A stretch of DNA of 64,000 nt from an uncultured delta proteobacterium (lineage in GTDB: Bacteria; Desulfobacterota; Binatia; Binatales; Binataceae), in the NCBI GenBank assembly GCA_963842085.1, contig CAWJET010000001.1:1248001-1312000 (forward strand), written 5' to 3'. Position numbers and translations under genes: made by a program. The notes beneath the pieces are model-generated. The model was given only the letters and a program-made list of their open reading frames with translations, did not search any database and was not told the origin of the DNA. Of this stretch, positions 49,517 through 60,107 are shown piece after piece. Position 1 is the first letter of the stretch; each line of letters opens with the position of its first letter.

Positions 49517-50074
49517 ATGAAGCCAAACCCGATAGTTCAGTCTCTTTTCACAGGAGGCGTTCCCGGCTCCAAGGTGGATGGGATCTCACTCATCCAATTG
49601 CATCCGCTTGACCCATATACGCTTATCAATACTGAGGCGTCGGATCCTCCTGTAGTACCACCGAAAACCGAAAGGATTCCTTCGCCGGCAACTCGGCGAT
49701 ATTCGAGCCGAATCCGGAAAAGACCGGCCTTCACCGCCGAAGAAACCCGGCACCATTTCGCGATTGAAGCACTTGATAAATCAGGACCGTTCCGACCGCA
49801 GCCATACTTGTACACCTGCGTACGCTGCAGGTGGATCTTTCGCGTCAATGATTCAAGCGGATCCGTCATCGCTCTGGACGGGTTGGGCCGGCGTTTGCCC
49901 GAGCCCGAAAATGCAAAGCGAGCGGTGACCTTTCATCGAGGACCATGTCCTGCGTTTCCAATACTCGAGTACTCGGTCGCGGAGCCTCAGCGCGAGAATA
50001 GCTTTGGCTACCTGTCCAAATTGGTTGATGCGCTCCGCAGCCTCACGCAATTGGGCAGGTATCGCAGGGCATGA
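49517..50074 (+). CDS. Hypothetical protein, possible zinc binder
   Basis: H..CVRC...HRGPC; start codon uncertain. Confidence 0.5.
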   Translation: MKPNPIVQSLFTGGVPGSKVDGISLIQLHPLDPYTLINTEASDPPVVPPKTERIPSPATRRYSSRIRKRPAFTAEETRHHFAIEALDKSGPFRPQPYLYTCVRCRWIFRVNDSSGSVIALDGLGRRLPEPENAKRAVTFHRGPCPAFPILEYSVAEPQRENSFGYLSKLVDALRSLTQLGRYRRA

Positions 50075-50186
50075 ATGATATCTGAGACCTGGCAGCTTTC
50101 TCAGCTGTCGACGAATACTCCGTAGCTCTGCGCCCTTGGCGCTCTTGATCTGCGGTTGCTTGGCTCCAACTGTTCGTTAGCGGACA

Positions 50187-50290
50187 TTTCATTTTGAAAT
50201 GCCTCGACGCTTCGATTTGAAACCTTCCTAAACGACCGGACAGAAAAACCGTTGCTAGGTGGGGCGCGCGGCGGCGGCACGCTTGATGCT
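50187..50290 (+). promoter_or_regulatory. Paired enhancer sites and sigma54 promoter
   Basis: TTTCATTTTGAAA (50187), CTTCGATTTGAAA (50210), CGGCACGCTTGATGCT (50275). Confidence 0.7.
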
Positions 50291-50379
50291 TTTTCAGGGC
50301 GTGGCCTCCTCTATCTCACCCGGCTCAAGGCGGCGCGCCAACTCAATTGGTCAGCCAGATCTGAGACTGGTCTCGAGTG

Positions 50380-51183
50380 GTGGCGTAAACGACCTCGCAG
50401 TCGCGGCAAAGACAGCGGTGATCGCCTGTCTCACTGGCGGCAGTTGCGACAACGGCAAGGTGCTTCATAAAGCCTCGGCCGCCGCTCGCGAACGTGACGG
50501 CGCGTTCTACGCAGTCCTGATCGATTCGCCACGCAACCGATTTGGAAAGGCACAGGTTCGCACCCTGATCGAGGACGCGATCCTTGCCAGATCCTTTGGC
50601 GCGAAAATCGTCTGGTTCGATACGTCCGACCTGGTGGGCGAATTGCTCCAATTCGCGCAAAAAGCACGCATTGGCACGATCTTCGTTAGTCGAGGACGGA
50701 CAACTCGTTTCTCTGGACTATTTCGACGAACGGTGAGCCGCGACCTATTGCGCCGCGCCAAGGGCATTCGCATCGACGTTGTCGGATTTGAACGCGGAAA
50801 ATGGCCATACGCGAGACTGACGTTGGACGAAGAACGCGAAGATCTGAAGGATGCGTCATCGGCGCTGCTCCGTTATCGATGGCCAGGGAATATCCGCGAG
50901 TTGCGCAACGTCATCGAGCGCGCAGTCGGCTTGTGCACAGGTGACGTAGTCAGCCCTGAGCATCTGCCGGATGTCCTCAGCAATGATCGTTCTCAAGCCG
51001 TCGGAGCGACCCAAGCCACCTTCGAGCCTCGACGATATCAAGAGCGAACACATCATCCGCGTGATGGCTGAGTGTCCGACCTTAGAAAGCGCCGCGCACA
51101 AACTGGGCATCAATGTCACGACTCTGTGGCGCCGCCGAAAACGCTATGGACTTGATTCAGCTCACAACCTCCCTGGAGGTTAG
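50380..51183 (+). pseudogene. KdpD-type USP domain joined to a sigma54-activator lid and Fis HTH (frameshifted)
   Basis: ARSFGAKIV..ELLQFA..IGTIFVSR..IDV; YRWPGNIRELRNVIER; HTH LGINVTTLWRRRK lies in another frame; start uncertain. Confidence 0.65.
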
Positions 51184-51479
51184 CGGCCTCGAGCAACCGT
51201 CTCGGTGCTGAAAACTACGGACGGGGAGACCGTTCGGGAGCACCGTCGCCCCCGCGAACCAGTGCAGAGTCAGGGATTTCGACGCGCTAGCAGTCGCGCA
51301 CAGCCGGGCGCTCGCGAAGCGGAGCGCCGACATTGGGCGCGATCCGCAGAAAGCCGAGGAGCAGGTCTGCCGGGATCGTATATGAAAAAAATGCAGGCTA
51401 GAGGGTTTTCGCCTCGTCGTGGTGCGGACAGGGGTTCCAATGGCAATGCGTTTCACGGCCGCCGTGGCATTCAAACCGC

Positions 51480-51597
51480 TGTGAATAGTGTATCGGCCAA
51501 CGCCTAGAATCTCGGCGGCCCGGACCTTGTTGCCGCCCGCGTATTCGACCATGCGCCAAATGAGTTCGCGACTGACCTCTCGCCGCGAGAGGCTTAC
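51480..51597 (-). pseudogene. Fis-type HTH remnant
   Basis: RELIWRMVEYAGGNKVRAAEILGVGRYTI; truncated at the IME backbone junction. Confidence 0.55.
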
Positions 51598-51629
51598 CTA
51601 TCCTTCGCTCCTATGCTACATAGCTTATC

Positions 51630-51953
51630 ATGAAGACATGGGGTCAGTTCATCGTAGAGCGGCGCAAGGAGCTTAAGCTGGCGGGACGCGAGGTGGTGGC
51701 GGAGGTGCGCAACTCCGATGGCAAGCCGATCTCGATTCCATTCCTGGTTGACCTCGAACATGACCGCCGCAAGCCTTCCGACGAAGTCCTTGAACAACTC
51801 GCCAAGGTTCTCAAGGTCGATTCGGATGTGCTCTACTTTTTGGCGGGGCGGTTCCCAGCCGACCTTAGCGCGACGACCGTCAACAGCGCGCAGGAGCTCG
51901 CGGCCGGCTGGAAGGCGTTCCGGCGGGAAGTGAAGCGCAAGAAGAAGCCGTGA
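51630..51953 (+). CDS. XRE-family HTH repressor, copy 2
   Basis: Nearly identical to 877-1200. Confidence 0.85.
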   Translation: MKTWGQFIVERRKELKLAGREVVAEVRNSDGKPISIPFLVDLEHDRRKPSDEVLEQLAKVLKVDSDVLYFLAGRFPADLSATTVNSAQELAAGWKAFRREVKRKKKP

Positions 51954-52615
51954 AGATGATACCGGACAGGACCGGGCGCTTTCCGGAGCGTCCGCACTGG
52001 GAGATCCGCGAGCTTGAGCAGATGTGCGAGGAGACGGTGACCTCGTTTCTGCGCCAGCATTTCGGGTTTGAGCGCATCCCCGTGCCGACCGAGGCTGTCA
52101 CGATGCTGATCGAGCGTGACGCCGGCGACCTCGACCTGGCGACCAGTCTTTCCGACGACATGCACGAGGTCTTTGGTTTCACCCAATTCGAGCGCGGCCA
52201 AAAGCCGCTGGTCACAATCGCGCGCGAACTGTGGGAGCAACGGCACCGCAACAACCGGTTGCGCACGACCCTGACCCACGAATATGGCCACGTCATGCTT
52301 CACACCTGGCTGTACGACAAGTACGGCGCTGCCCGCGGTCCGTACCGCTGTTACTGGCAGAGCCTGCTTCCGACCGAGCGGGTGGTGGACTGGTTTGAGT
52401 GGCAAGCGGGATACGCCTCGGGTGCCTTGCTCATGCCTGAGAGCTTCGCGCGGCGGACTGTCGAGGCGTACTTCCAGAATCGCTCCGAGCGTCCGCCGGT
52501 TGCCACGGGCACACCAGAAGCGTCAGCGCTCCGCCGGCGTGTTTCGCTCGCGTTCGATGTATCCGTCGAGGCCGCCACCGTGCGGCTCAAGCAACTTGGC
52601 TATCTGAGCACGTAG
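51950..52615 (+). CDS. ImmA/IrrE-family metallopeptidase, copy 2
   Basis: HEYGH; highly similar to 1197-1862. Confidence 0.88.
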   Translation: MKMIPDRTGRFPERPHWEIRELEQMCEETVTSFLRQHFGFERIPVPTEAVTMLIERDAGDLDLATSLSDDMHEVFGFTQFERGQKPLVTIARELWEQRHRNNRLRTTLTHEYGHVMLHTWLYDKYGAARGPYRCYWQSLLPTERVVDWFEWQAGYASGALLMPESFARRTVEAYFQNRSERPPVATGTPEASALRRRVSLAFDVSVEAATVRLKQLGYLST

Positions 52616-52660
52616 CCGGCAACCAGACCCCGACCGTTTCGCGCAGACCGATCTTCACGC

Positions 52661-52697
52661 TTGACACTCGCAGCGAATCTCGCTACATAGCGAGTTA
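52661..52697 (+). promoter_or_regulatory. Promoter with GCTA-N2-TAGC operator
   Basis: TTGACA at 52661; GCTACATAGC-GAGTTA at 52682. Confidence 0.7.
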
Positions 52698-52727
52698 GTC
52701 ATATAGCCACCCGACCGGCAGAGGTCC

Positions 52728-53057
52728 ATGACCCAATCAGCAGCAAAGCAAATGCCGAAATCGAGCATCAGATGGCTCATCGCCGCCTGCGCCGCCGCCC
52801 TCTTCGCGCTTCGAGCCGAGCCGTCGTGGGCCGCGCAATACGCCGGTGCCCTGCCGTGGGATCAGACGCTTGGCGCGATTCAGGACATCCTCGTCGGCCC
52901 GCTGGCTCACGCTGTAATAACGCTGAACTTTGCCTTCTCGGCGATCCTGTACGCGGTCGGCAGCCATCAGCGAGCAGGCCGCTTGTTGGCTGGCGGACTG
53001 GCAGCTGGCGCCGCTTTGATTGCTGTCCATTTACTGACTTTCCTCTCGCCTTTTTGA
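52728..53057 (+). CDS. TrbC/VirB2-family pilin-like protein, copy 2
   Basis: LPWDQTLGAIQDILVGPLA. Confidence 0.72.
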   Translation: MTQSAAKQMPKSSIRWLIAACAAALFALRAEPSWAAQYAGALPWDQTLGAIQDILVGPLAHAVITLNFAFSAILYAVGSHQRAGRLLAGGLAAGAALIAVHLLTFLSPF

Positions 53058-53094
53058 GTGGTCCCTACCAAGCGACCATTGGTGGAGGTCAAAT

Positions 53095-53367
53095 ATGAAA
53101 CTCGCACGTATCGCAGAGCCGCTTCGTTCCCTGCAGGTCCGTGTCACGCTAGCGGGCGACCTGAATGCCGCGCTCGAGAGCTACGCCCGATACTACGAAC
53201 ACGTTCATGGCGACCCTGTGGATTCGAAGGCGCTGATTCCGGAGATTCTCAGTGCCTTTCTACAAGCTGACCGTGAGTTCCAGAGCTGGGCACGTTCCAG
53301 CGGTAGCAGTCATCATCGCCGCCCCGGTTCGTCTTCGACCAACGGCGACGCCAAGCCACAAGGCTGA
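53095..53367 (+). CDS. DUF2274-family protein, copy 2
   Basis: Paralog of 2343-2618. Confidence 0.75.
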   Translation: MKLARIAEPLRSLQVRVTLAGDLNAALESYARYYEHVHGDPVDSKALIPEILSAFLQADREFQSWARSSGSSHHRRPGSSSTNGDAKPQG

Positions 53368-53616
53368 CTCGCAGCAGTGCCAGGTCTGCAGACGCGCTTC
53401 GCGCGTGTCCATGTATGACACGTCACTCATTCGCGAATGAAGCCTGCTTGCAGCAAGGAGTTCGGCAATGGAGTTAAGCCCGCAATCTTTCACCGTAAAC
53501 GCGTGCTTCGTGACGTATACACAGAAACGAAGGCGAGTCAGCGGACGGCCGGAAACCCTTGATTTTCAGCTGCAATCAACGCGCCGCGCATGCTTGCAGC
53601 GCAGAGGTCCAGTCAG

Positions 53617-54021
53617 ATGAGCCAGGGGAGCAAGAGAACCTACACAATAAGGCTTCCGGAGACGGTCGCCGCACGAGTCGAAAAACAGGCGGCCAGTTCA
53701 GGCATCGCGCCGACCACGCTGATCCAGTCACTGGTCGTCGATATATTCATGCGCCTCACCGAAACAGCGATTGGCGGTTCCGCTTCCAACCTGATCGGCA
53801 GAATCGACGCTCTCAGCAAAGCCTTCGAGCGGTTCGAACAGAATGCGGCGGAAAGATACACGCGGCTGCTATTCGAGGTGGTGAAGACCCGCTCGGCGTT
53901 CCTTCATGCGCTCGATCAAAGCCTGAGCGAGCCGGTGGTGGACGAGATCATCGAGGCGTCGGAGAAGACCGCGCGCGACTACGTCGATCGTCTCGGAGAC
54001 GCGGGAGGTGCCAAGCAATGA
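53617..54021 (+). CDS. RHH relaxosome accessory protein, copy 2 (divergent)
   Basis: YTIRLPE RHH start; shared C-terminal FE..KTRS..LH.LD..VVDEIIEASE. Confidence 0.65.
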   Translation: MSQGSKRTYTIRLPETVAARVEKQAASSGIAPTTLIQSLVVDIFMRLTETAIGGSASNLIGRIDALSKAFERFEQNAAERYTRLLFEVVKTRSAFLHALDQSLSEPVVDEIIEASEKTARDYVDRLGDAGGAKQ

Positions 54022-55280
54022 ACGCATACGTCGATCGGGCGGTCAGACGACGTGCCGACCTCGCATCGCTGCAAGTCTGGGCGCAAATGGCGCTTCGCAC
54101 CGTGCTTCTCATCGTCCTTCTCTGGGCGCTTTTGACCGTTGCGCTGGTCTGGTACTGGACCGGCTATTACGGCGGGCACCCGGCGCACCAGTACTTCGGA
54201 AGTTGGTTCCTGGCGTGGTTTTTAACACAGGAGATCCCACTGACCTTCACGTCACTGCCTTACCGTGGCCGGCGCTACACCATCGCCAGCATGTACGACT
54301 TCCTCAACCGCAGGTACTACCTCGGCGGCTCGTTCGCGGGCTGGTTCTGGCATTATGCGCCCTGGGGCGCGGTCATCACCGCTCTGATTGTCGGAGCCTA
54401 CCTCCTGCTCATCTTTCCGCCCCGTGGCGGAGATGGCGACGAGTACGTGCGCGGGACCGACGTCATCCCGAGCCGGCGGTTGCGCCGGGACCTGAGAGGC
54501 GATGGCGTCGACCTCGGCGGCATCCTGGTTCCCCGCAAGCTGGAGTCGCAACACTTTCTGCTGGTCGGCGCGCCCGGCTCGGGCAAGTCCACCGCCATCC
54601 GGCGGATGCTCCGACAGATCGAAGCACGCGGCGAGTGCGCGGTCGTCCTCGATCCCGAGTGCGAGTATGTGCCCGAGTTCTTTCGCCCCGAGCGCGGCGA
54701 TCTGATCCTCAACCCGCTCGATACCCGCTGCCCGGCGTGGACGCCATGGTCGGAGCTCCGACCCGGAAGCGAGGCGATGGAAGCGGAGGCGCTCGCGGCG
54801 GCGCTGGTTCCCGATCCGGCGAACACTTTCAGCCAGGGCGGCGCTGACTTCTTCTTTCGGCAGTCGGCCCGCACTCTAATCGTCGGCCTGCTCGACGCGG
54901 TCAAGTCGCAAGAGCGCGGCGAAATTCCGAAGCTCCTCGCCCTGCCGCGCGCCAAGCTGAAGCAAGCGCTTCGAGGGACTCCCGCCGAGGTCCTTATCGA
55001 TCCGGGCGCGCACGAGCAGGGCGCCGGCATCGTCGCGACCGCCTTCAACGCGACCAGCTCGTTTCGTCATCTTCCGCAACCAGCCGAGCAGGCCTGGAGC
55101 GCTCTCGAATGGGCGCGCACACGTGAGGGCTGGCTGTTCCTCAGCTCAACCGAGGACTCGCGCGAGGCGGCGCTCCCGCTCCAGAGCGTCTGGCTCGATT
55201 GCATCGTGCGCCGCCTGATGGCGGACGACGGATCGCGCGGCAAAGTCTGGATCATCGCCGACGAGCTGCCCGTGCTCCGC
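54018..55280 (+). pseudogene. TrwB-type coupling protein truncated by an IS3-family element
   Basis: GAPGSGKS; ends just after WIIADEL at the IS left end; 3' part is missing on the other side. Confidence 0.88.
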
Positions 55281-55337
55281 TGGAGTTGACCCGGTTTCGT
55301 GGAGTGTGTTGGGGAAGAGAGTGAGGGAGGAAAGACG

Positions 55338-55652
55338 ATGGCCAAGACACATCCACCATACCCGGCTGAGTATCGGCGGCGGATAGTCGAACTGGCGCGC
55401 GCAGGCCGGCCGCTGACGGAATTGGCGCGAGAGTTTGAGCCGACGTTAGAGTCGATTCGGCAGTGGGTGAGACAGGCAGAGCTGGATGAAGGAGTGAGAA
55501 ACGATGGCCTGACCACAAGTGAGCGCGAGGAATTGAGCCGACTGCGGCGCGAGAACCGGATTTTGCGCGAAGAGCGTGAGATCCTATCAAAAGCCGCGGC
55601 CTGGTTCGCCACGGAGACCGGCTCAGTGCCGTCACGGCGTTCCAATTCGTGA
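55338..55652 (+). CDS. IS3-family OrfA
   Basis: HTH plus LRRENRILREEREILSKAAAWFA; AAAAG slippery motif. Confidence 0.9.
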   Translation: MAKTHPPYPAEYRRRIVELARAGRPLTELAREFEPTLESIRQWVRQAELDEGVRNDGLTTSEREELSRLRRENRILREEREILSKAAAWFATETGSVPSRRSNS

Positions 55653-56629
55653 GCGCGAATCAGGCCATGTACGCAATCGCCACGATGTGCCGGGTGCTGG
55701 AGGTCTCCACCAGCGGCTACTGGGCGTGGCTAAGACGACCGCGGTCGGCGTGGGCTCGGGCCGACGCGCAATTGACGGCGCGCATTCGCGCGATTCATGA
55801 ACGGTCGCGCACCAGCTATGGCGCTCCGCGCATTCATGCCGAGCTGTTAGCCGACGGCATCGCGGTCGGACGTAAGCGGGTGGCGCGGCTGATGCGCGCG
55901 GCGGGACTTCACGGAGTCAGCCGGCGCAAGTGGATCACCACCACGGTTCGCGATCGCGCCGCGCGACCGGCGCCGGATCTGGTCGAGCGTAACTTCACCG
56001 CGGCGGCGCCCAATCAGCTGTGGGTCGCCGATATCACCTATGTTCCAACCTGGGCCGGCTTTCTGTACCTGGCGGTTGTCCTCGACGCGTTTAGCCGCCG
56101 CGTGATTGGGTGGGCGATGGAGAATCCTCTGCGCACCGAGCTGGTGTTGGCAGCGCTCAATATGGCGCTCGGGCAGCGCCGGCCGACCACGGTAATCCAT
56201 CATTCCGACCAGGGCACCCAATACACCTCGATCGCGTTCGGCATGCGTTGCCGTGAGGCAGGAGTGCGTGCCTCGATGGGTTCGGTAGGCGACTGTTTCG
56301 ACAACGCGATGTGCGAAAGCTTTTTCGCCACCCTGGAATGCGAGCTGCTCGACCGCCACCGTTTCAAAACCCAGGTCGAGGCGAGGATGGCGATCTTCGA
56401 CTTCATCGAGGGCTGGTACAATCCGCACCGCCGCCACTCCGCCCTCGGCTATCGTTCGCCGCTCGAGTACGAACAAATCTATCGGGCCGAACCGAATCAA
56501 AGCATGCGGAGCTCGACCGCTCTGCGCACCGCTTGGCCGCCGAACAACGCGGCGGCCGGCGCGCTGCACGGCGCCGCGCTCTCGGATCAAGATTCCATAA
56601 CGCTTTCCGGCCCCAGCCCCAATCGGTGA
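55649..56629 (+). CDS. IS3-family OrfB DDE transposase
   Basis: WVADITY, HHSDQGTQY, DNAMCESFF, YNPHRRHSALG. Confidence 0.93.
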   Translation: MSANQAMYAIATMCRVLEVSTSGYWAWLRRPRSAWARADAQLTARIRAIHERSRTSYGAPRIHAELLADGIAVGRKRVARLMRAAGLHGVSRRKWITTTVRDRAARPAPDLVERNFTAAAPNQLWVADITYVPTWAGFLYLAVVLDAFSRRVIGWAMENPLRTELVLAALNMALGQRRPTTVIHHSDQGTQYTSIAFGMRCREAGVRASMGSVGDCFDNAMCESFFATLECELLDRHRFKTQVEARMAIFDFIEGWYNPHRRHSALGYRSPLEYEQIYRAEPNQSMRSSTALRTAWPPNNAAAGALHGAALSDQDSITLSGPSPNR

Positions 56630-56760
56630 GGGCTGGGGCCGAAAAGCTGGTACCAGATGAACATCAAAACGGAACTCTCGACGAGACAAAACCAATGAAC
56701 TAAAACCAAGCCCTAAACCGTCCACCGAAACGGGGCAGCTCCAGATTGAGGGCATGAGAC

Positions 56761-59285
56761 ATGCTGGTCATGTCGAGAGGCGCGCTCAGCGCCGGCCAGG
56801 CCGAGACCTACTACGAAGAGAAATACTCCCAGGACGATTACTACACCGAAGAGCATCGAGTCGCCGGTCAGTGGTTCGGACAGGGCGCCGACGCGCATCG
56901 CCGCGCGGTCAGCACCGCGCTGACGGAACTGGAGCATTACGCGCTGTCGCGTCAGAAGGGCGGCAGCGAATGGGTGCTCACCCGGAACATCGTCGCCGCG
57001 TGTTTCGACCACATCGCGGCACGTCCAGCCAAAGGCGCCGATGACGGCTACGGTGTCCCGATCCGCACCTCCACACCCACGTCGTGATCGCCAACATGAC
57101 TCGTCGGCCGGATAGCGCATTGCGCGGACTCGATCCGGTCGAGATCTATCGCTCACAGAGCTTCGCCAGTGCGGTATATCGCTCCGAGCTGGCGCGCGAG
57201 GTACGTTCGCTCGGCTACGGCATCACCGTCACCGGCGCTGACGGACGCTGGGAGCTCGAAGGCTACAGCCGCGAACAGGTGATGGCGTTCTCGCGCCGCC
57301 GCCAGGATATCGAGCAGGCGCTCGCGCAAAACGGCCTCAGCGGAGCCGCCGCGGCGCAGAATATCGCGCATCAGAGCCGACTCTCAAAGCAGCAGCGCGA
57401 CGAGGGTGAGCTTCGCGAGGAGTGGCGCCTGCGCGCGCGAAACTACGGCATCCGGTTTGCGCACGATGCCCACAACCAAGCCGCCGTTCGGGTCCCCACG
57501 CAGGCGAGGATCGAGGAGGCGCTTCGTTTCGCCGTGGCTCACAGCACCGAGCGCGAGGCGGTGATCGACCGTTGCGCACTCGAAGCAACCGCCCTCCAGC
57601 ACGCGATGGGAATAATTGATCTGGACCAGCTGCGCCGCGAGAGCACTGCCTGGGAAGAACGCCGCGCTCTGATCGCCCTGGACGCTTCCATCGCTTCACC
57701 GGGCGGCGCCTTCACGACGCCTGAGATGGTCGCCCTTGAGCGCGATAACCTAAATCTGATGCGCGCAGGACGAGGCCAAAACCCGCCGATCGCGGCTGCC
57801 GCAGAGATTCGCCAATGGGCAAGTGGCCGAGGATTGCTTGCCGATCAAATCGAAGTCGCGCAACTTATCCTTACTACGCCCGACTGGCTCACCTCCGTCG
57901 AAGGCCGCGCCGGCAGCGCGAAGACCACCACGGTCGGAGCGATCCGCGAGTTCGCCGAGGAACACGGCTACGCGGTGCGCGGCTTTGCGCCGACCACGCG
58001 CGCGGTCAAGGCTCTATCTGAAGCCGGGATCGAGTCCCGAACCGTGGCAAGTCTCATTGAAAATAAAATCTCCGAGACTGGCCGTCAGGAATTATGGATC
58101 GTCGATGAGTCGAGTCTGCTCGCGACGCGCCAGGTCAACCGCCTCCTTCATCAGGCCCGAGAAGCCAGGGTCGAACGGATCGTCTTCGTCGGCGATCAGC
58201 ATCAGCACCATGCGATCGAGGCGGGACGACCCATCCACCAGATGCAGCAGGCCGGTATGCCGATAGCGCTGCTGGACACGATTCGCCGCCAGCGGGACCC
58301 GATGCTTCGCGAAGCAGTGGAGCTTTCGGCCAAAGGAGAGATCGATCGCGCGCTCGCGCTCCTCGAGAAGCATCACCGCATCCGCGAGATCGAAAATCCT
58401 GATGCGCGATATAAATCCATCGCCCAGGAATACGTCGCCGCGCACGAGGCCGGAGAGCGCGCATTGGTCGTCAGTCCGGCCAACAACGAGCGCCGGGAAC
58501 TCAACTCCGCCATTCGCGAGTTCCTCAAGCAGCGTTCCCATGTCGCCGCCGAAGCCAAGGAGCAGGTCATCCTGGTCAATCGCGACCTCACCGCCGCGCA
58601 GCGCCAACGTGCCCAAAGCTACGAAGTCGGCGAGGTTGTCCGCTACCGGCGCGGCAGCCGCCGTCTCGGGCTCGGCAAAGGCACTTACGCACGGGTCGAG
58701 AGTATAGACTCCGATCTCAACCGCATCACCGTGCGCACCGAGGACGGTCGAGCGGTCGAATACAACCCAGCGCGGCTCACCGGCGTCGATCTGTTCCGCG
58801 AGGAGTGGAGATTCATCGCCCCGGGCGACCGCATCCAGTTCCGAGTGGCCGACCGCGCACTCGGCGTCGCCAACGGAGAATTTGCGCCGGTCGTTGCAAT
58901 CGACGACCGAAAGGCCGCGCTCCGGATGGACGACGGGCGCGAAGTCAAAGCTGCAGTCAGTCGTCTCCGCCACATCGACTACGGTTACGCCTCGACTTCG
59001 CATTCCAGCCGGGGCGCGACTGTCGACCGCGTCATCGTCAACATCGACGCAGCTCGCTCGCCTGACCTCGTGAACCGCAAACAGTTTTACGTCTCGATCA
59101 GCCGCGCGCGGCATGGGGTCACCGTCTACACCGACGACAGCTCCGCCCTCCGGCACGCGGTCGGCCGCACCCGCGAAAAGTCGGTTGCCCTGGAACGGCT
59201 CAACCTGAACGCGGGGCAAGACCTCAAAATGGTTCCAGAACCGCCGCGCCAGAACATCAAACCTGCCTACGGCATCAGAAGGTGA
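56761..59285 (+). pseudogene. MOBF relaxase-helicase, copy 2, disrupted
   Basis: In-frame loss of ~66 codons including DxTFxAPKSVS near 56890; frameshift near 57055 just before the HUH motif. Confidence 0.88.
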
Positions 59286-59658
59286 GTGGTCTTGCAGAGC
59301 AATGCTGTCCAGTCATTTTGTTCACCGGCGCTTCGTTATGAGCGCGGGCGCTCGGGCTCCGCAAGCTTCGCAGCTCGGCCACGCGGCGCAAGGCGCCGCT
59401 CGCGCTCCGCTTCGCGCCGATGTGAAGGTAGCGCTCGCTCCGCGGGCAACCGCGCCGCCGGCGCGCCGGTGCCGGACGCCGCGCTCGGCACGGTTGCGAC
59501 GCTCCGCAGCGCGCCTCTCGGAATCCAGCGCCGCCCTCCAGACTCGGTTGAGAGGGCGGCGCTTTCAACTGCGCGTTCAAGCGGGCAGCGGCAGGCCCTG
59601 GCCCTTCGGGCACGCGGGAGGAGTCGCATGTCCCTGGTCTTTGCCATGAATTCAATGC

Positions 59659-59695
59659 TTGACACTACTTCGGTAATTAGCTAAGTAGCGAGTTA
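59659..59695 (+). promoter_or_regulatory. xis promoter with GCTA-N2-TAGC operator, copy 2
   Basis: TTGACA at 59659; GCTAAGTAGC-GAGTTA at 59680. Confidence 0.65.
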
Positions 59696-59740
59696 CGGAG
59701 TTCCTGAGTCTGGCCAGATTAGCGCCGGCCATTTTGTCCC

Positions 59741-60028
59741 GTGGCTGCGACCCTCAAATACGACCGCAACAAGCAGAACGTCGAATCTCGCGACGCCGCG
59801 CTGACCGCCGTACTACGCGCGACCGGCGGGGAAGCCAGGGTGCTGGAGCTTTACAAGCTCCTAACCGCAGAACAAGCAGCGCAGTTTCTGGGCCTCGCCG
59901 AACCCACCGTTCGGGACATGACTTATCGACACGAACTGCCGTGCGTGAAGATCGGGAAACGCGGAGTTCGTTATCGCGTCATTGATCTGATCAGTTGGAC
60001 CGATCGACGGATGGTCAACGAACTTTGA
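59741..60028 (+). CDS. Excisionase-type HTH protein, copy 2
   Basis: Paralog of 8182-8472. Confidence 0.85.
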   Translation: MAATLKYDRNKQNVESRDAALTAVLRATGGEARVLELYKLLTAEQAAQFLGLAEPTVRDMTYRHELPCVKIGKRGVRYRVIDLISWTDRRMVNEL

Positions 60029-60107
60029 TAATCCTGCACAACTCGATCGTCAGCGCTGAGATCAAGTATTTGGACGCAATCACCGTTCTCATAGGGAGTT
60101 TCCTCAA

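Larger units (their letters stand above)
55281..56743 (+). mobile_element. IS3-family insertion sequence
   Basis: TG...CA TIRs TGGAGTTGACCCGGTTTCGTGGA / TCCACCGAAACGGGGCAGCTCCA; orfA and orfB; no TSD. Confidence 0.92.

Noticed and set aside
53559-54017. N-terminal extension of the copy-2 coupling protein
   Set aside because: Overlaps the RHH gene; homology with copy 1 and a GGAGG RBS support the ATG at 54018
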